This document shows, one piece after another, positions 40,219-48,846 of a stretch of DNA of 64,000 nucleotides. The stretch covers positions 64,001 through 128,000 of the forward strand of contig OZ220696.1 in assembly GCA_965116495.1 (NCBI GenBank). Direction: 5' to 3'. The notes below the pieces were generated by a model, which was not told where the DNA came from, did no database searches, and saw only the letters and a program-made list of their open reading frames with translations. The first letter of the stretch is position 1, and the number at the start of each line of letters is the position of its first letter. Origin of the DNA: Gammaproteobacteria bacterium. GTDB taxonomy: Bacteria; Pseudomonadota; Gammaproteobacteria; Eutrophobiales; Eutrophobiaceae. The position numbers and the translations under genes were made by a program.

Positions 40219-42624
40219 ATGACTGACAACAGGACTGTTTTCGCTGCAGGCGCCGCCTTGCCCCATGAAAGTGCGCACCTGCATGTGAGCGGGGAAGCCG
40301 ATTACGTAGATGATCAGCCTGAGCCGCGCGGCCTGCTGTACGCCGCCATCGGTTACAGCGCGAGGGCCCATGCCCGGATCAGGCATATGGATTTCTCTGC
40401 CGTGCACGCCGCTCCCGGCGTAGTGGAGGTCGTCAGCGCGGAAGATATCCCCGGCGCCAACAATCACGGTCCCATACTGGCCGATGATCCCGTTTTTGCC
40501 GACGGTCTGGTCGAATACGTGGGACAATCCGTTTTTGCCGTGCTGGCCGATTCGGTGCTCAATGCCCGCAAGGCCGCGCGCCGGGCCAGGATCGAGTATG
40601 AAGATCTGCCGGCCATCCTGGATATGGACAGCGCCATGGCGCAGCAATCCTTCGTGCTCCCACCCCAGACCATTGTCCGCGGTCAACCGGAACAGGCGAT
40701 TGCCGGGGCAACCCATCAATTACAGGGCCGGTTGCGGGTCGGCGGGCAGGACCATTTTTACCTGGAAGGGCAGGTCGCCGCGGCATTTCCGCAGGAAGAC
40801 GGCGCCATGCTGGTCCATGTTTCAACCCAGCATCCGACCGAGGTGCAACACCTGGTTGCCCATGCATTGCAGGTTTCTTCGAAGGACGTGGTGGTCGAAT
40901 GCCGGCGCATGGGCGGTGGTTTCGGCGGCAAGGAAACCACGCCGGCCCTGTTTGCCGTCATTGCCGCCGTGTCCGCGCACAAGACCGGCCGGCCGGTAAA
41001 ACTGCGGGTGGACCGTGATGACGACATGACCATTACCGGCAAACGGCACGGTTTCCGTATCGACTACCGGGTCGGCTTCGATGCGCGCGGACTGATCGAG
41101 GGCATCGACCTGGAACTGGCCTCCGACTGCGGGCGTTCGGCTGACCTGTCAGGCCCCATTAACGTGCGCGCCATGTTCCATAGTGATAACAGTTATTTCC
41201 TCGACCATGTGCGGATTGTCTCCCATCGCTGCAAGACCCATAAGGCGTCAAACGTAGCCTTCCGGGGTTTCGGCGGCCCCCAGGGGATGATGGGTATCGA
41301 GAACGTCATCGACGAGATTGCCCGGTTTCTTGATAAGGACCCCCTGGACGTACGTAAAATCAACTTCTACGGCAAGGAGAACCGGAACGTGACGCCGTAC
41401 GGCATGACGCTGGAAGACAATATCATCCATGAACTGGTAGACCAGCTTGAAAAACAATCCGCCTACCGGGAAAGGCGCCGGCAGGTGGAGGCATTCAACG
41501 CCGGTGCTGGCGTACTCAAACGGGGTATCGCCCTCACCCCGGTCAAGTTCGGGATTTCATTCACCGCTGCGTTCTACAACCAGGCCGGCGCCTTGCTGCA
41601 CGTTTATCGCGACGGCAGCATCATGCTGAACCATGGGGGTACCGAGATGGGGCAGGGGCTTTATACCAAGGTCGCCCAGGTGATCGCCGAGGAGTTCCAG
41701 GTGGACCGGGACAGGATAAAATGCACCGCCGCCAATACCGGGAAAGTGCCGAACACCTCCGCAACCGCGGCTTCGTCCGGCAGTGATCTGAACGGCATGG
41801 CGGCCCGGGCGGCTGCCGTTGCGATCAGGACGCGCCTGGCCGGGTTTGCCGCGCAAAAATATGGAGTGCCGGTGGAACAGGTCCGCTTCACGCCGGCCGG
41901 CGTGCGGGCCGGCACGGAGCTGATCGATTTTGCCGAATTGACCAACCAGGCTTACCTGGCGCGAATATCACTGTCTTCCACCGGTTACTACCGCACTCCC
42001 AAAATCAAATATGACCCGGATACCCTCACCGGCCGGCCGTTTTTCTATTTTGCCTACGGCGCAGCCGTGACCGAGGTGCTGCTGGATACTCTGACCGGCG
42101 AATATAAAATACTGCGCGTGGATATCCTGCACGATGCCGGGGAGTCGCTAAACCCGGCCGTCGACATGGGGCAGGTGGAGGGCGGATTCCTGCAGGGGGC
42201 CGGTTGGTTGACCAGCGAGGAGTTGTGGTGGGACTCAGCCGGCAAACTCATGACCCATGCCCCGTCCACCTACAAGATCCCGACTGGCAGTGACTGGCCG
42301 CCGGAATACAACGTGGAACTGATCGACTGGGGCAGGAACAGGGAAGAGACGATATACCGCTCCAAAGCGGTGGGCGAACCGCCTCTTATGCTCGCCATAT
42401 CGGTTTTTCACGCTTTGAAAGACGCCATAGCCGCGCGGCAGGGTGGCCGGGCCAGACCTGTATTACATGCGCCTGCCACACCGGAGCAGGTATTGAACAG
42501 TATTGAAGAACTGCAGCAGCGCCAAAAGGAGTCGTGCCAGAAGGGGACACGCCAAGAGGGGACAGAATTTAATTCTGTCCCCAGTGACCCCCCCGGTGAC
42601 TCCACCAGTGGCCGCCTCCAGTGA
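40219..42624 (+). CDS. xdhB: Xanthine dehydrogenase molybdopterin-binding subunit
   Basis: HESA.LHVSG, GGGFGGKE, AFRGFGGPQG, HGGTEMGQG, SKAVGEPP. Confidence 0.96.
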   Translation: MTDNRTVFAAGAALPHESAHLHVSGEADYVDDQPEPRGLLYAAIGYSARAHARIRHMDFSAVHAAPGVVEVVSAEDIPGANNHGPILADDPVFADGLVEYVGQSVFAVLADSVLNARKAARRARIEYEDLPAILDMDSAMAQQSFVLPPQTIVRGQPEQAIAGATHQLQGRLRVGGQDHFYLEGQVAAAFPQEDGAMLVHVSTQHPTEVQHLVAHALQVSSKDVVVECRRMGGGFGGKETTPALFAVIAAVSAHKTGRPVKLRVDRDDDMTITGKRHGFRIDYRVGFDARGLIEGIDLELASDCGRSADLSGPINVRAMFHSDNSYFLDHVRIVSHRCKTHKASNVAFRGFGGPQGMMGIENVIDEIARFLDKDPLDVRKINFYGKENRNVTPYGMTLEDNIIHELVDQLEKQSAYRERRRQVEAFNAGAGVLKRGIALTPVKFGISFTAAFYNQAGALLHVYRDGSIMLNHGGTEMGQGLYTKVAQVIAEEFQVDRDRIKCTAANTGKVPNTSATAASSGSDLNGMAARAAAVAIRTRLAGFAAQKYGVPVEQVRFTPAGVRAGTELIDFAELTNQAYLARISLSSTGYYRTPKIKYDPDTLTGRPFFYFAYGAAVTEVLLDTLTGEYKILRVDILHDAGESLNPAVDMGQVEGGFLQGAGWLTSEELWWDSAGKLMTHAPSTYKIPTGSDWPPEYNVELIDWGRNREETIYRSKAVGEPPLMLAISVFHALKDAIAARQGGRARPVLHAPATPEQVLNSIEELQQRQKESCQKGTRQEGTEFNSVPSDPPGDSTSGRLQ
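42558..42582. repeat. 25-bp REP-like palindrome, copy 2, inside the xdhB 3' end
   Basis: ggggacagaatttaattctgtcccc; perfect inverted repeat around a central T. Confidence 0.82.
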
Positions 42625-42650
42625 GATGGTGGCTTAAACCAACAACGGGT

Positions 42651-43820
42651 ATGAACAATTGTTTCTCGTCACTGCTCGATGTTGCCGGCAGCGATCAGCC
42701 CTGTGTACTGGTGACGGTTGCCCATGTGGCAGGTTCGGCGCCGCGCGAAGCAGGTGCGCGCATGATCGTGACCCCTGCGCAGGTATTGGGCACTATCGGC
42801 GGCGGGAATCTTGAATTTGAAGCCATACGCATTGCACGGTCCCGGCTGGATGAACTGCAAACGCCGGGTTCGCAACGCTTTATCGAATTGTTCCCCCTCG
42901 GTTCCATGCTGCAGCAATGTTGCGGCGGTGCGGTCTTCCTGCATTTTGATGTAGTAAGGGACGGACAGGCCGGTTGGGTATCCGTAGCCGCTGATAGCGA
43001 ACAGAACAACATCCCCGCGCTATTGGTGAGCCGAACAATACAAAATGAGTCGGATTCTGCTGCGCCATTCCCGCGCAAGCGGGAATCCAGTGGAATCACT
43101 TCCGCTGCAAGCGGACTGTATTCCGGCGCGGGCCCGGCTTCGCTTACCGAAAAAATGATGTTCACGGAAACAGGTATTACGGGTAGCCTGGGCGATAAAG
43201 ACCTGGACGATCTCGCGGCGGCAAAAGCGGCCGCGCTCCTGTCCGCACAGGGAGCGCCGCAAACGTCCCTGCTGCATCCCCTGGTCGAGACGCAATCGAC
43301 CCTGCCCGATATCTCCGATGTCCTGTTTTTCGAAGCGATCATGCCCTGTGATTTCCAGGTCGTATTGTTCGGCGCCGGTCACGTGGGCCGCGCCCTGGTG
43401 AGTGCCCTGGCCGGCGCCACCCCTTGCCGTATCACCTGGGTGGACAGTCGCGCCGGGCAGTTTCCGCAGGGACTGCCGTCCAACGTAGAGCCCCGGCTCA
43501 CCGATAACCCTGTCGCGGAAATCGACGGCCTGTCCGGGCAAGCGTATTGCCTGGTCATGACGCACAGCCATCAACTCGACCAGGACCTGTGTGAAGCCCT
43601 CTTGCAGAGGGATGATCTCGCTTTCATCGGCTTGATCGGGTCGGCAACCAAACACCGGCGTTTTGTGCAGAGACTGGGCGAAAAAGGCCTGGGTGAACGG
43701 CAACTGGAACGGCTCACCTGTCCCATCGGCATTCCCGGCATAGAATCAAAAGAACCCGGCGTCATCGCCGTGTCCGTTGCCGCCCAGTTGCTTAAAATTA
43801 GATCCGCAGATTTAAATTAA
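42651..43820 (+). CDS. xdhC: Xanthine dehydrogenase accessory protein XdhC
   Basis: GSAPREAGA, GTIGGGNLE, QCCGG, FGAGHVG, MTHSH.LD, GLIGS..K. Confidence 0.92.
   Translation: MNNCFSSLLDVAGSDQPCVLVTVAHVAGSAPREAGARMIVTPAQVLGTIGGGNLEFEAIRIARSRLDELQTPGSQRFIELFPLGSMLQQCCGGAVFLHFDVVRDGQAGWVSVAADSEQNNIPALLVSRTIQNESDSAAPFPRKRESSGITSAASGLYSGAGPASLTEKMMFTETGITGSLGDKDLDDLAAAKAAALLSAQGAPQTSLLHPLVETQSTLPDISDVLFFEAIMPCDFQVVLFGAGHVGRALVSALAGATPCRITWVDSRAGQFPQGLPSNVEPRLTDNPVAEIDGLSGQAYCLVMTHSHQLDQDLCEALLQRDDLAFIGLIGSATKHRRFVQRLGEKGLGERQLERLTCPIGIPGIESKEPGVIAVSVAAQLLKIRSADLN
43067..43090. repeat. ATTCCCGC-N4-GCGGGAATCC REP-type palindrome, in frame within xdhC
   Basis: attcccgcgcaagcgggaatccag encodes FPRKRES. 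A half copy, gtcattcccgcg, is at 39298-39309 in xdhA. Confidence 0.75.
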
Positions 43821-44005
43821 TCCGCAGATGACGCAGATGTATAAGAATTATAAGTTCAGAAAAAATGTGACCGCCCCTGTTCCAGGTCAAACCTGCGCGT
43901 CAATTATATTTGATAAGAAATCCTGGCTAACCGAGTCCTGTTTCCCGTAACCGTAATATTTATATTATCATCTGCGTAAATCTGCGCTTGTGCTGCGGAT
44001 AAATT
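43801..44005. repeat. Intergenic element bounded by inverted CGCAGAT (9-bp period) repeats
   Basis: Left atccgcagat...atccgcagatgacgcagatg; right catctgcgtaaatctgcg...ctgcggataaa. Related single arms gtaatctgcggataaa are at about 16938 and 57302. Confidence 0.7.
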
Positions 44006-44006
44006 T

Positions 44007-45224
44007 ATGATCGAAGCATACATATTTGAATGGTTGAACCTGCTGCTGCGCTGGGCACACCTGATCGTGGGTATTGCCTGGATCGGTTCGTCATTTTATT
44101 TCGTCTGGCTCGATTTGAATCTGAACATCCCTCCCCGGGATCCGGAAGACGAGGCGGTTGCCGGCGACCTGTGGGCGGTACACGGTGGCGGTTTTTACCA
44201 TGCGCAGAAGTACAAGGTGGCGCCCGGTAAATTGCCCGAGCCCCTGCACTGGTTCAAGTGGGAGGCCTATACTACCTGGTTGACCGGCTTTGCCTTGCTG
44301 GTGCTGATGTATTACGTCAATGCTGATGTGTACCTTATCGATAAAACCGTCGCTAATATAACCCCGGACATGGCTGTTGCCGCAAGCATCGGTTTCATCG
44401 TGGCGGCCTGGGTGATCTACGACCTGTTATGCAGGACCGGCCTGAGTGACTCCTGGATTGGACTGGTCGGCTTTTTATTCCTTGTTGCCGCAGTTTATTT
44501 CATATCGGACCTGTTCAGCGGGCGCGGCGCCTATATGCAAATCGGCGCCATGCTGGGCACCATCATGGCCGCCAATGTACTCATGATAATAATTCCTGGT
44601 CAGCGGGAACTGGTGCAGGCCAAACTGCGCGGCGAAGAACCGGACCCGTTACCAGGTCTCAAGGCCAGACAGCGTTCCGTGCACAACAACTACATCACCC
44701 TGCCGGTGCTGTTCGTCATGTTGAGTCCCCACTATCCCATGACCTACGGACATGAATACGGCTGGTTGCTGCTCATCGCCATCTTCATCGCCGGCGTGTT
44801 GATCCGGCATTTCTTCAACCTGAGAAACCAGGGCAAAACAGCGCCGGCGCTGCTGGTTATCGCCATCATCATCCTGGTACTGGCCGCGTTCGTGGCCGCC
44901 CCGAAATCCAGGGCCATCCCTGACCGGGAGATGGCGGCACAGCCCGCGCAAACCGCCGAACCCGTTTCATTTGCGCAAGTGAACCGGGTAATCGTACAAC
45001 GCTGCAACATCTGCCACTCCGCTGAACCAAACCATCCTACCGCTCCCGTCGCGCCGAACGGCGTGATGTTCGACACCCCGGACCAAATCAGGCAATGGGC
45101 GCAGCGCATCCATGACAGGACCGTCACCAACAGGACCATGCCCCTGGCAAACCTGACGCAGATGACCGGCGAAGAACGTCGACTCGTCGATCGTTGGTAT
45201 AAGACGGGCGCCGAAATAGAATAG
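44007..45224 (+). CDS. puuD: Urate hydroxylase PuuD (membrane urate oxidase with cytochrome c domain)
   Basis: LLRW.H...GIAWIGSSFYF, VHGGGFY, WFKWEAYTTW, RSVHNNY, heme motif CNICH; purine cluster context. Confidence 0.92.
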   Translation: MIEAYIFEWLNLLLRWAHLIVGIAWIGSSFYFVWLDLNLNIPPRDPEDEAVAGDLWAVHGGGFYHAQKYKVAPGKLPEPLHWFKWEAYTTWLTGFALLVLMYYVNADVYLIDKTVANITPDMAVAASIGFIVAAWVIYDLLCRTGLSDSWIGLVGFLFLVAAVYFISDLFSGRGAYMQIGAMLGTIMAANVLMIIIPGQRELVQAKLRGEEPDPLPGLKARQRSVHNNYITLPVLFVMLSPHYPMTYGHEYGWLLLIAIFIAGVLIRHFFNLRNQGKTAPALLVIAIIILVLAAFVAAPKSRAIPDREMAAQPAQTAEPVSFAQVNRVIVQRCNICHSAEPNHPTAPVAPNGVMFDTPDQIRQWAQRIHDRTVTNRTMPLANLTQMTGEERRLVDRWYKTGAEIE

Positions 45225-45359
45225 AAGCGAGTAAATCCCAACCTCATCCACAGTAGTTTATGGCATTAGCGGTGAACACTGGTATTGTGGGAGAATGTCC
45301 AGGGAGCAGGTAATTGATATAGTGGGATAAAATAGTCTCTTTACTTAAGGTGAGCAGCA

Positions 45360-47141
45360 ATGTCCTGGGACAGCAATAGCATTTTTCGGCAACTTGATCT
45401 TGGTGAGGACAGTCGCGTAGAGTTCAAGGAAGTCGAGTTCATCGAAAACCGCGTGCGTGCGCCACATCGCGACGCTATTGCCGATGAGTTAGCCGCCTTG
45501 GGAAACACGATTGGCGGTACATTAATTTTCAGCGTGTCCGACTCCGGTGAGGTGCGTTCGATGAACCGGCAACAAATGGACGCGTTAGAATCCTTTGTCA
45601 GTGAGATTTGCGCAGACAGTATCCGACCTCCACTGGCATTTATCACCCGACGGCTACCTTTATCTGACGGATCTTCTGTGCTGATCACGGAAGTCGAACA
45701 GAGTGCGTTAGTCCACAAGAGTCCGGGGGGGTATTTGGCCAGACAAGGCAGTTCCAAGCGTGAACTATCATCCGAGGCACTGCAACGTCTGTTCCAACAG
45801 CGAGGCCGTTCCGGATTGCTTGGCCCAGATGAAGTAATCATTGCTGAAACCAGGCAGAAAACATTTGAGGAAAGTCTGGTGGATCGCTTTTTGAGTTCTC
45901 GAGCGATTGAGACCGATATAGTACAACTCACAAAGCTGGGTTTAATGCGGGAAGATGATAACGGAATCCTGCGTGCAACGGTTGCCGGTATTTTACTTTG
46001 TTGTGAGCGCCCGGAAAAATACATACCAGGCGCCATTATCGAAGCAGTTCGCTATCGCGGGACTGTGCTGGGCCGAGCAAGCCAGCACGATGCAGCGACT
46101 ATCACCGGCCCTTTAGACCGGCAGATCCGTGATGCTGTGAACTTCGTCAGGCTTAACACGCGGGTTGCGGCGCGCAAAGATCCCGGACGTATAGAGACAC
46201 ATCAATTCAGTCCCCGAGCGGTGTTTGAGGCTATGGTAAATGCAGTGGTGCATCGCGACTACTCGATTCATAATGAGAAAATACGCCTTTTCATCTTCGA
46301 TGACCGACTTCAAATATACTCGCCAGGCGCCTTGCCCAATACACTGTCTATCGAAGCCATGCGCAACCGGCAAGCGACTCGCAACGAAACCCTTGCATCA
46401 AGCCTGCGTATGCTTGCAGTAGGGGATATCGCCGGCGCCGGCGACAGACAGTATTTCCTTGAGCAACGCGGTGAAGGCGTTCCGATTATTTTCGAACAGA
46501 CCCGGGAATTGACCGGGCGTGACCCGGAATACAAACTGAACGGTGTTGCGGAACTATGTTTGACTATACCCTCTGCTAATCCACCGGTGGAGGGAATCAA
46601 AGGGGAAGTATCGGTAACCAGTTCGGGAAAACCTATTACGGGAGTGAAAGTCGTAACTCTCTATCCCAACAAAACCTGGATGGAAGGAGAAACCGATTCA
46701 TTCGGACGGGTTTCCTTTGGGTTTCATTCACAGCTGCCCATCACTGTCTTCTGTGCGGCGTCAGGGCATGGCGCCGGTGCTGTGCGTGATTGGCATCCAC
46801 CTGATCCCCTCACTGTTGAACTCGAACCACTGCCGCAGGGCGGTTCCGAGATATTCTCGGAGCGAACCGGTCATTTGCCCAATTTAATCGGCAGGCTTAA
46901 CCCAATTCTCGACAACCTCGACCGCATGTATCTCTACGCTACCAACATCGCGATAGATGAAGGAGAACAACAACCGGTGCACTTCAAACTGAAACAGCCC
47001 TTGCGTCTCACCGATATTAACGGGTTTGAGTGGACTGTGCGGTTTATTGAATTTATTGGAAAATCGGCGCTGTTGGAGTACAGGCCGCCAGACTTGGAAG
47101 GACAGGTGGCCGATGAAGATTGCCCCCTGAGTTGGCGTTAA
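45360..47141 (+). CDS. Schlafen/AlbA_2 domain + HATPase_c_4 (RecG-C-like) protein with a beta-rich C-terminal extension
   Basis: GEDSRVEFKE and A.GNT.GGTLIFSV.D (AlbA_2); EAMVNAVVHRDY, SPGALP, EQRGEG (HATPase_c_4); C-terminal ~175 aa beta-rich region. Confidence 0.82.
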   Translation: MSWDSNSIFRQLDLGEDSRVEFKEVEFIENRVRAPHRDAIADELAALGNTIGGTLIFSVSDSGEVRSMNRQQMDALESFVSEICADSIRPPLAFITRRLPLSDGSSVLITEVEQSALVHKSPGGYLARQGSSKRELSSEALQRLFQQRGRSGLLGPDEVIIAETRQKTFEESLVDRFLSSRAIETDIVQLTKLGLMREDDNGILRATVAGILLCCERPEKYIPGAIIEAVRYRGTVLGRASQHDAATITGPLDRQIRDAVNFVRLNTRVAARKDPGRIETHQFSPRAVFEAMVNAVVHRDYSIHNEKIRLFIFDDRLQIYSPGALPNTLSIEAMRNRQATRNETLASSLRMLAVGDIAGAGDRQYFLEQRGEGVPIIFEQTRELTGRDPEYKLNGVAELCLTIPSANPPVEGIKGEVSVTSSGKPITGVKVVTLYPNKTWMEGETDSFGRVSFGFHSQLPITVFCAASGHGAGAVRDWHPPDPLTVELEPLPQGGSEIFSERTGHLPNLIGRLNPILDNLDRMYLYATNIAIDEGEQQPVHFKLKQPLRLTDINGFEWTVRFIEFIGKSALLEYRPPDLEGQVADEDCPLSWR

Positions 47142-47196
47142 TCATCGAACTGACGTTGGATTCTGGCCCTGCTTAAAATATGGCGGGCAGGCTCGC

Positions 47197-47784
47197 TCAG
47201 GAACGTTGAGTACTTATACGGGAAGTTATCGCTGGCGCCAGGATTTCATGTATGAAAGGCCTGTTTTGCCGTATCTCGTCAATGGTCAATCCTTCCAGTG
47301 AAAACGGAAACTTTATCCATTGTTCCGTGGTATGCAGGTAATAATCAGGCTCGCGCCCGGTTTTATTGTGGCTGGGCTTATACCAGGGTACCGCGACCCG
47401 GATATCATCGGGTGTATTTAGCCTTGCCTTTTCACGTATTGTTTCGATGACCGCCTGAATCGTCAAACCGGTATCAAATACGTCATCGACAATGAGTAAT
47501 GAATCGGTGTGATTTATGTTTTTAATCAGGTAGTTCAAGCCATGGACCCGCACATCACGCGCACGTTTTTCTATACCGCTGTAAGATGACGTGCGGATAG
47601 CAATATGGTCGGTTTTAATACCGAAGTATTCGAGTATTTCCTGTACGGCAATGCCGATGGGCGCCCCGCCGCGCCATATCGCGATAATGACTTTTGGTTT
47701 GAATCCGCTGTTCAGAACCTGGCTGCCCAACCTGAACGAGTCTTCAAGCTGGCCTTGTGCGGAGAGATAGAGTTTTTCGGGCAT
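47197..47784 (-). CDS. Type I phosphoribosyltransferase (purine PRT-like), paralog 1
   Basis: WRGG, PRPP-binding loop LLIVDDVFDTGLT, PDYYLH...W..FP. Confidence 0.85.
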   Translation of the reverse strand: MPEKLYLSAQGQLEDSFRLGSQVLNSGFKPKVIIAIWRGGAPIGIAVQEILEYFGIKTDHIAIRTSSYSGIEKRARDVRVHGLNYLIKNINHTDSLLIVDDVFDTGLTIQAVIETIREKARLNTPDDIRVAVPWYKPSHNKTGREPDYYLHTTEQWIKFPFSLEGLTIDEIRQNRPFIHEILAPAITSRISTQRS

Positions 47785-47908
47785 CGGGAATAATTTTCTA
47801 TTGTGTTGTGTGTGATTATATACTGATGGATACTGAAGAATTATCTTAAATCATTTTTTTCAAGGCGCCGGCATGCCGGGAATGCCCTAATCGTTCTGGA
47901 ATTGAGAA

Positions 47909-48520
47909 TTGGATAAATTATTTATCAGCGCAGAAGAGCAATTGCTGGATTCCTACCGTCTCGGGGTAAAAATCCATGCGAGTGGTTTCAGGCCGGATTT
48001 TATCGTCGGCTTGTGGCGTGGCGGCAGTCCCGTCGGTATCGGCGTACAGGATTGTCTCGAATACCTTGGTGTGAAAACGGATCATATTTCCATACGCACC
48101 TCCTACACCGGCATGGATACCTATACGGACATGATCGAGAATGAATCGGGTATTCGCGTGCACGGACTGCAGTACCTGCTGGAGAACCTGGAAGCGGACA
48201 ACAACCTGTTGATTGTCGATGACGTATACAACACCGGACTGAACGTCAAGGCGGTGATTGACCAGCTGTCTGAAAAAACCCGCAGGAATATGCCTGTGAC
48301 AGTCCGTGTTGCCGTGGTCTGGTATAAACCGGCCAATAACCGAACCGGACGAATACCGGATTATTATTTACATGAAACCGATAAATGGCTGGTATTGCCC
48401 TACGAATTAAGTGGCTTGTCCCTGGATGAAATTTACCGGAATAAGACAGGGGTAAAAGAGATATTTGAAGAGTTGGAAGATATTTTACCTGCGAACGGAA
48501 ATAATCAGGGTGGGTTATAA
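47909..48520 (+). CDS. Type I phosphoribosyltransferase (purine PRT-like), paralog 2
   Basis: WRGG, LLIVDDVYNTGLN, PDYYLH...W..LP; TTG start. Confidence 0.85.
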   Translation: MDKLFISAEEQLLDSYRLGVKIHASGFRPDFIVGLWRGGSPVGIGVQDCLEYLGVKTDHISIRTSYTGMDTYTDMIENESGIRVHGLQYLLENLEADNNLLIVDDVYNTGLNVKAVIDQLSEKTRRNMPVTVRVAVVWYKPANNRTGRIPDYYLHETDKWLVLPYELSGLSLDEIYRNKTGVKEIFEELEDILPANGNNQGGL

Positions 48521-48529
48521 GTTGTTGTT

Positions 48530-48568
48530 ATCAGCGCTCGTAGGACTCCCGGCGGGAGGATTCGGACA
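48530..48568. repeat. 39-bp direct repeat, copy 1 (duplicate of the GuaB-like gene 3' end)
   Basis: atcagcgctcgtaggactcccggcgggaggattcggaca, identical to 50172-50210. Confidence 0.95.
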
Positions 48569-48588
48569 ATGTGTTCTCATGAAACAAA

Positions 48589-48792
48589 ATGATAAATTCA
48601 GACGACCCGCCCATGATGCATACCGACCTCACAAACGAATACATGCTCATGATCGATAAGCTCAAATTTGGAATTGAAGACATCAAAACATTTATATTAA
48701 ACGGGGTCGATGGCGCCTGGTTGGATGAGTCAACGAAGCGCCAGTGGCGTTCAGAGTGGTCTGCTGAGATTGACAAGATAATTCTGGAATAA
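48589..48792 (+). pseudogene. C-terminal fragment of an adenosine-deaminase-family gene
   Basis: INSDDPPM..TDL..EY...LNGVDGAWL is the ADA C-terminus. No N-terminal HxH region; it starts ~20 bp after the direct repeat. Confidence 0.75.
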
Positions 48793-48846
48793 ATTCAGCT
48801 GCCTTATATCGGTAGAACTTTTCATTACAGGTTGTGATTATCAGAA

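Noticed and set aside
48531-48776. 81-aa minus-strand ORF ending LSESSRRESYER like the GuaB-family protein
   Set aside because: The match is only the duplicated 39-bp repeat; the rest is antisense to the deaminase fragment, so it is not a real paralog.
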